The notes below the pieces were generated by a model, which ran no database searches, was not told the origin of the DNA, and saw only the letters and a program-made list of their open reading frames with translations. The position numbers and the translations under genes are program-made. From Candidatus Muiribacterium halophilum (lineage in GTDB: Bacteria > Muiribacteriota > Muiribacteriia > Muiribacteriales > Muiribacteriaceae), in NCBI GenBank assembly GCA_023228995.1, contig JALOAD010000002.1:86245-150244 (forward strand): DNA of 64,000 nt, in the 5' to 3' direction. Below are positions 60,199 through 64,000 of the stretch, piece after piece. Numbering within the stretch: position 1 is the first letter of the stretch; every line of letters begins with the position of its first letter.

Positions 60199-60274
60199 TG
60201 GTAGGTCGCACTGGACTTGAACCAGTCACACCCTGCTTAAAAGGCAGGTGCTCTGCCTGATGAGCTAGCGACCC
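60199..60274 (-). tRNA. tRNA-Lys (anticodon UUU), CCA encoded
   Basis: The reverse complement gives GGGTCGC-TA-GCTC-ATCAGGCA-GAGC-A-CCTGC-CTTTTAA-GCAGG-GTGT-GACTGG-TTCAAGT-CCAGT-GCGACCT-A-CCA. The cloverleaf has a 7-bp acceptor stem with a G-U pair at position 1. Confidence 0.85.
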
Positions 60275-60645
60275 AACATCTTTAATAGTTGAACAATTGC
60301 AATACTATACTAATTAAATTATATGTCAAAATTTTTTTTTAAATTATATTAAAATGAAAACTATATTTAATATTTAAAAATATAGTTCAGTTAAAAACAA
60401 TATATAATGTATAAATTAAGGAATAGTTAATATTAATAAAAAAAAAGACCAATAACCGGAAAATAATTAATAATTTTGCGAAGGAGTGAAATGGTGAATC
60501 AAAATGTTCGGTGAACATTTTTGTGTGAAATGGTTAGAGCAAGATAAACTTGCTAATTAAGAATGAATAATTTTAAAAAAAGTTTGAATAAAACAAAAAA
60601 ACTGCTCTAATACGCATCACATACTTATATACCGTTTCTATACCT

Positions 60646-61416
60646 CTATTTTGTATTTAAGTTATTATCTTCTAATTTATCAAGTATTATGCTTATTTCT
60701 TCAGTAGAAAGATTACCTCTTTGAAGAATCTCTCCTTCCATACCAAAGAAAATCGTGTGTGGAACACCGTAAACTTCAAGTTGTCTACAAATTTCATAAT
60801 CACTATCAATAATACATTCAATATCAATATTATTTTTATTAAAGTAATAGGCAATATCTTCAGGTCTTTCCCCAGCATTCATAGATATAATCTTTGTGTT
60901 TTTATAAAATTTTGCATAATTATTTATAAATGGAAGTTTTTCTTGACAAGTAATACAGTGAAGCTGAAAAACTTGAATCATAATATATTTTTCACCTATA
61001 TGTTCTTTAAAATTAAATATTTTATTTTCATCATTATAATGCTTTAATGTAAACTGATATTTTTTAATGTTTTTTTCCAATTCAGTAGCATTTTTGTATA
61101 AAATACCAAAATCAAATACAAGAGATTTTTCACCCGAAAATTCAATCTGAACTTTATCATTATTTGATATATTATTATTCCATATTATAATTGAAGGCTT
61201 GTTATTCACTTCTTTTTTATCAAATTCAATATCATTTATTTTAAGACTCACATAAGAATCGCCACCAAAATCAGTTAATCTCAAATATATTTCATCAATA
61301 ATTCTATTTTTATCAAAATCTAAATTTATAATATCTTTATCTTCAAACCATAAAGGTAAAGAAAAAGAATTATACATAAATATAACGGTTAAAATCATAA
61401 TAAAAAATTTTTTCAT
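60646..61416 (-). CDS. TlpA/ResA-like thiol:disulfide oxidoreductase (thioredoxin fold), secreted
   Basis: Signal peptide, a ~120-aa N-terminal domain, then a thioredoxin-like domain with a CITC (CxxC) active site in the context 'IQVFQLHCITCQEKLP', plus 'VYGVPHTIFF'. Confidence 0.6.
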   Translation of the reverse strand: MKKFFIMILTVIFMYNSFSLPLWFEDKDIINLDFDKNRIIDEIYLRLTDFGGDSYVSLKINDIEFDKKEVNNKPSIIIWNNNISNNDKVQIEFSGEKSLVFDFGILYKNATELEKNIKKYQFTLKHYNDENKIFNFKEHIGEKYIMIQVFQLHCITCQEKLPFINNYAKFYKNTKIISMNAGERPEDIAYYFNKNNIDIECIIDSDYEICRQLEVYGVPHTIFFGMEGEILQRGNLSTEEISIILDKLEDNNLNTK

Positions 61417-61485
61417 AAAAAATACTCCTTTTTTAATAGTATATGATTATTATAAATCAGAACATTCGAATATGTCAATAAGTTT

Positions 61486-62973
61486 TTACTGAAGTGTTTT
61501 AATTGATTTTATACCATTACGATTAAGCTTAATTCTATAGTAAATTCTTTTATCAACATTTTGACTCTTCATATAAGTACATAGATTAATATAATAAAAT
61601 TTTGAAGCATCTTCCCATTCATAACCAGCTTGTTTCATTACAAAAACAGTTGATTTTGGATTATCCATATTATCAAGAAAATCTTTTACATTTAATCTCA
61701 TTATATCATTTACTCCATTTATATCTTGAGATATTGCATGGATATTTCTTGGAAAAAGCTCAATCTTTTTTTTATAAACAAATATATTTTCTCCAGTTAT
61801 GTCTCTTTGAAGAGCTTCAAGAGGATTTTTTAAACGGAAGAATGTTATTTCTTTTGGAACTTCTTTTAAATTTAAAAACCTAAATCTCTGCCAACATGTA
61901 CCAACAAAAGTACCGTGAAATTTATCAGTTATTTTGATTTTATAATCATAATAATATTTTGAAAGAAGTGAAGAAAAAATATTTTGAAATATTGCTTTTA
62001 TCCTATCCTTAAACATATAAGAAATTATAAGTGCTGTAATTACAGGAAAAGAAAAAGTATCATATCTTTGTTGGAAATAAATTGCTCCCAGAATAGATAC
62101 AATCATGGCAATACCAGCAGCAATTGCATAAAGAACATGCTCTGCTCTTCTTGGTTCTTTCTGATGATTTATATTAAGAAAAAGAACACTTGATATATAT
62201 TTTTTTAATACACCTTTTCTAAACAAAAATTCTTCAAGATCTTTTTTACATGAAGGTGTTTTTTGTTTATGTTTTTTTTCCTTTGTTTTATTATTTTTTT
62301 CTATAAGTTTAAGAAGAGATAATTCACAATTTAAAAAAACCTCACTTTTTCTATCAAGCTTTTTCCTGGTTAAAAAAATTAGATTATCAGAAAACTCATT
62401 TATGAAAACAAGACAAGCTTCTTCCATCCATAAAAACTTTTTAAGCATTTCAGAATCAACACCAGGACTATGAAGTTTTTCCCATATTTTATGAAGTTTT
62501 TTGATTATTTCATCACTATATTCACAATAATTATTTATGAATTTTACATATAAATCATCTTCAGTTTTTGAATCTCTAAGAAACATTACATAATCTCTCA
62601 AAGCAGCTTTTATAGCCGAACCTGTTCTTTTAAGTTCAATTTCATACTCTGTAAGAGAAGCTAAATCATCAGATGAAGTTACTTTTTCAATAACAGCATC
62701 TAGTTTAAGAAATGGATTTTGTCTGCTGTCATATGCAATTTGTTTTAATGTGCATATAGGACTTTTAAATCTAACATAATTCTGAACTCTTTTATAAAAA
62801 GTATCTCTTTTAATTGCTTCTTGATTAAAACCAAGATTTTTTGGAACAAAAAAATAATTTTCAACAATATAATTAGTACATGGTTTACCATGCTGAAACA
62901 GAAATGAAGTTTTCTGTTCAAGGTTAAAATTATCATGTATTTTTAATGTGGTATCTATATCATTAATAATCAT
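61486..62973 (-). CDS. Hypothetical membrane protein (495 aa, two central TM segments)
   Basis: ORF with two adjacent TM helices at ~aa 275-320 and no recognised domain. Confidence 0.4.
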   Translation of the reverse strand: MIINDIDTTLKIHDNFNLEQKTSFLFQHGKPCTNYIVENYFFVPKNLGFNQEAIKRDTFYKRVQNYVRFKSPICTLKQIAYDSRQNPFLKLDAVIEKVTSSDDLASLTEYEIELKRTGSAIKAALRDYVMFLRDSKTEDDLYVKFINNYCEYSDEIIKKLHKIWEKLHSPGVDSEMLKKFLWMEEACLVFINEFSDNLIFLTRKKLDRKSEVFLNCELSLLKLIEKNNKTKEKKHKQKTPSCKKDLEEFLFRKGVLKKYISSVLFLNINHQKEPRRAEHVLYAIAAGIAMIVSILGAIYFQQRYDTFSFPVITALIISYMFKDRIKAIFQNIFSSLLSKYYYDYKIKITDKFHGTFVGTCWQRFRFLNLKEVPKEITFFRLKNPLEALQRDITGENIFVYKKKIELFPRNIHAISQDINGVNDIMRLNVKDFLDNMDNPKSTVFVMKQAGYEWEDASKFYYINLCTYMKSQNVDKRIYYRIKLNRNGIKSIKTLQ

Positions 62974-63058
62974 AACAGTTAATATATTTCAATTAATATA
63001 ATTTGTCAAAATATCTAATATATACTAAATCTATAATTTAAAATAAAGGTTCAAATAT

Positions 63059-63082
63059 AAAAAACCGGGAAAAATCCCGGCT
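63059..63082 (-). terminator. Rho-independent terminator
   Basis: On the minus strand: CCGGGA-TTTT-TCCCGG followed by TTTTT, just downstream of the gene ending at 63107. Confidence 0.7.
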
Positions 63083-63106
63083 TTATATATAGATTTAATT
63101 ATTTGA

Positions 63107-64000
63107 TTATTTAACTCTTACATTATTTTCCTTAAGTAATTTATCAAGTAATTGAGGAACATTTTTGAATCTTGTTAAAAGCATCATTGCTGCAATTATA
63201 AAAGGTTTATATCCAGCTTCTTTATAAGTTTCAATTCTATATTTTTCAAAAACATCAGAACTAACTTCACCTTCTTTACAGCTAATTCCAGAAATATCAG
63301 CTGGAAGACAATGCATATATAAAGCTTCACCGTTTTTTGTAAGTTTCATCTTTTTTTCATCACATTCCCAATCTTTATGTTTAGCATTATTAGTAAGACA
63401 TTGTTTTTCAAGTGTTTTAAGACCGTCAAAATCTTTTGCATAAAGAAGCTCAGTTCTTTTACCCATTACACTAAATGGAGCCCAACTTTTAGGATAAACT
63501 ATATCAGCATCTTTAAAAGCTTCTTCCATTGAATTTACAATTTCAAATTTTGAACCGTTTTTTGCAGCTTGTTTTTTGGAAAGTTCAATAACTTCAGGAA
63601 TAAGTCCATAACCTTCAGGATAAGCAAGTGAAACATCCATTCCCATTCTAGTCATAAGTCCAATAATTCCCTGAGGAACAGAAAGAGGTTTTCCATAACT
63701 TGGAGAATAAGCCCATGTCATAGCAATTTTTTTACCTTTAAGGTTTTCAATTCCGCCAAAATAAGTTTCAAGATGACAAAGATCTGCCATTGACTGAGTA
63801 GGATGATCAATATCGCATTGAAGATTTATAACTGAAGGTCTCTGAGGAAGAACTCCTTCTTTAAAACCTTCATTTACTGAATCAGAAACTTCTTTTTGAT
63901 AAGTATGACCTGCACCAAGGTACATATCATCTCTAATACCAATTACCTCAGATAAAAAAGATATCATATTAGCAGTTTCACGAACAGTTTCACCATGTGC
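63107..64000 (-). CDS. Carbamoyltransferase of the ATCase/OTCase superfamily, YgeW-like (5' end beyond window)
   Basis: The C-terminal domain carries the 'HCLPA' motif and '...TWAYSPSYGKPLSVPQG...'. The N-terminal STRTR region is missing, so the real start lies past position 64000. Confidence 0.6.
   Translation of the reverse strand, partial: AHGETVRETANMISFLSEVIGIRDDMYLGAGHTYQKEVSDSVNEGFKEGVLPQRPSVINLQCDIDHPTQSMADLCHLETYFGGIENLKGKKIAMTWAYSPSYGKPLSVPQGIIGLMTRMGMDVSLAYPEGYGLIPEVIELSKKQAAKNGSKFEIVNSMEEAFKDADIVYPKSWAPFSVMGKRTELLYAKDFDGLKTLEKQCLTNNAKHKDWECDEKKMKLTKNGEALYMHCLPADISGISCKEGEVSSDVFEKYRIETYKEAGYKPFIIAAMMLLTRFKNVPQLLDKLLKENNVRVK

Noticed and set aside
60161-60300. tRNA-Lys as attachment site of a genomic island carrying the HK/cyclase/pel genes
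   Set aside because: No integrase or recombinase gene is present, and no direct repeat of the tRNA 3' end was seen downstream. The pel region instead ends at repeat elements of the general intergenic families.

Overview
This is a very AT-rich (roughly 25-30% G+C by eye) bacterial chromosomal window from a diderm organism. Evidence for a diderm envelope: an SLH-domain beta-barrel outer-membrane protein, OMP-like proteins ending in aromatic residues, and a PelB-like TPR/porin. An MCP and a FlhF-like GTPase suggest motility/chemotaxis. Several hints point to a Thermotogae-like lineage (a DUF123 GIY-YIG-like protein, an SLH-porin, a GH114/CE4 PelA-like enzyme), but I cannot fix the phylum from sequence alone.

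Gene content, in order:
- A lipoprotein, then a giant (2792 aa) secreted M6/InhA-like zinc metalloprotease with Ig-like repeats and a T9SS-type C-terminal sorting-like domain.
- A long radical-SAM/SPASM enzyme.
- A Ni/Co-transporter-like permease with its DUF1007 partner, a cyclophilin lipoprotein, an MCP and an ornithine carbamoyltransferase.
- A dapB-dapA-asd-dapF lysine-biosynthesis cluster, an S9 peptidase, a YccF-like protein and an HDOD signalling protein.
- thyX and an ArsB/NhaD-type permease.
- A seven-gene minus-strand envelope operon: permease, B12-radical-SAM, BMP lipoprotein, secreted and lipoproteins, FecR-domain protein, SLH-porin.
- A Pel-like exopolysaccharide locus in the order pelA-B-D-E-F-G, with no pelC. 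Its pelF is split by a frameshift in an A9/T9 homopolymer.
- Immediately upstream of the Pel genes: a class III nucleotide-cyclase membrane protein, a STAS-domain protein and a Cache/PAS hybrid histidine kinase. A tRNA-Lys(UUU) lies beyond them.
- A TlpA-like thiol:disulfide oxidoreductase, an unknown membrane protein, and a partial YgeW-like carbamoyltransferase at the window edge.

Intergenic regions are unusually rich in structured repeats. These include arrays of a 27-bp tandem unit ending in a hairpin plus T-run, ~309-bp inverted repeats bracketing the ~9.6-kb dap segment, a MITE-like ~190-bp element present in two copies, a 165-bp tandem duplication with an internal stem-loop, and families of short GTGAC/CAATTAG hairpins and 'gtgaagcg/cggtataaaag' repeats.

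The most notable candidates are the pelC-less Pel locus with a homopolymer-split pelF and an adjacent nucleotide cyclase rather than an obvious c-di-GMP module, and the composite repeat/inverted-repeat architecture.
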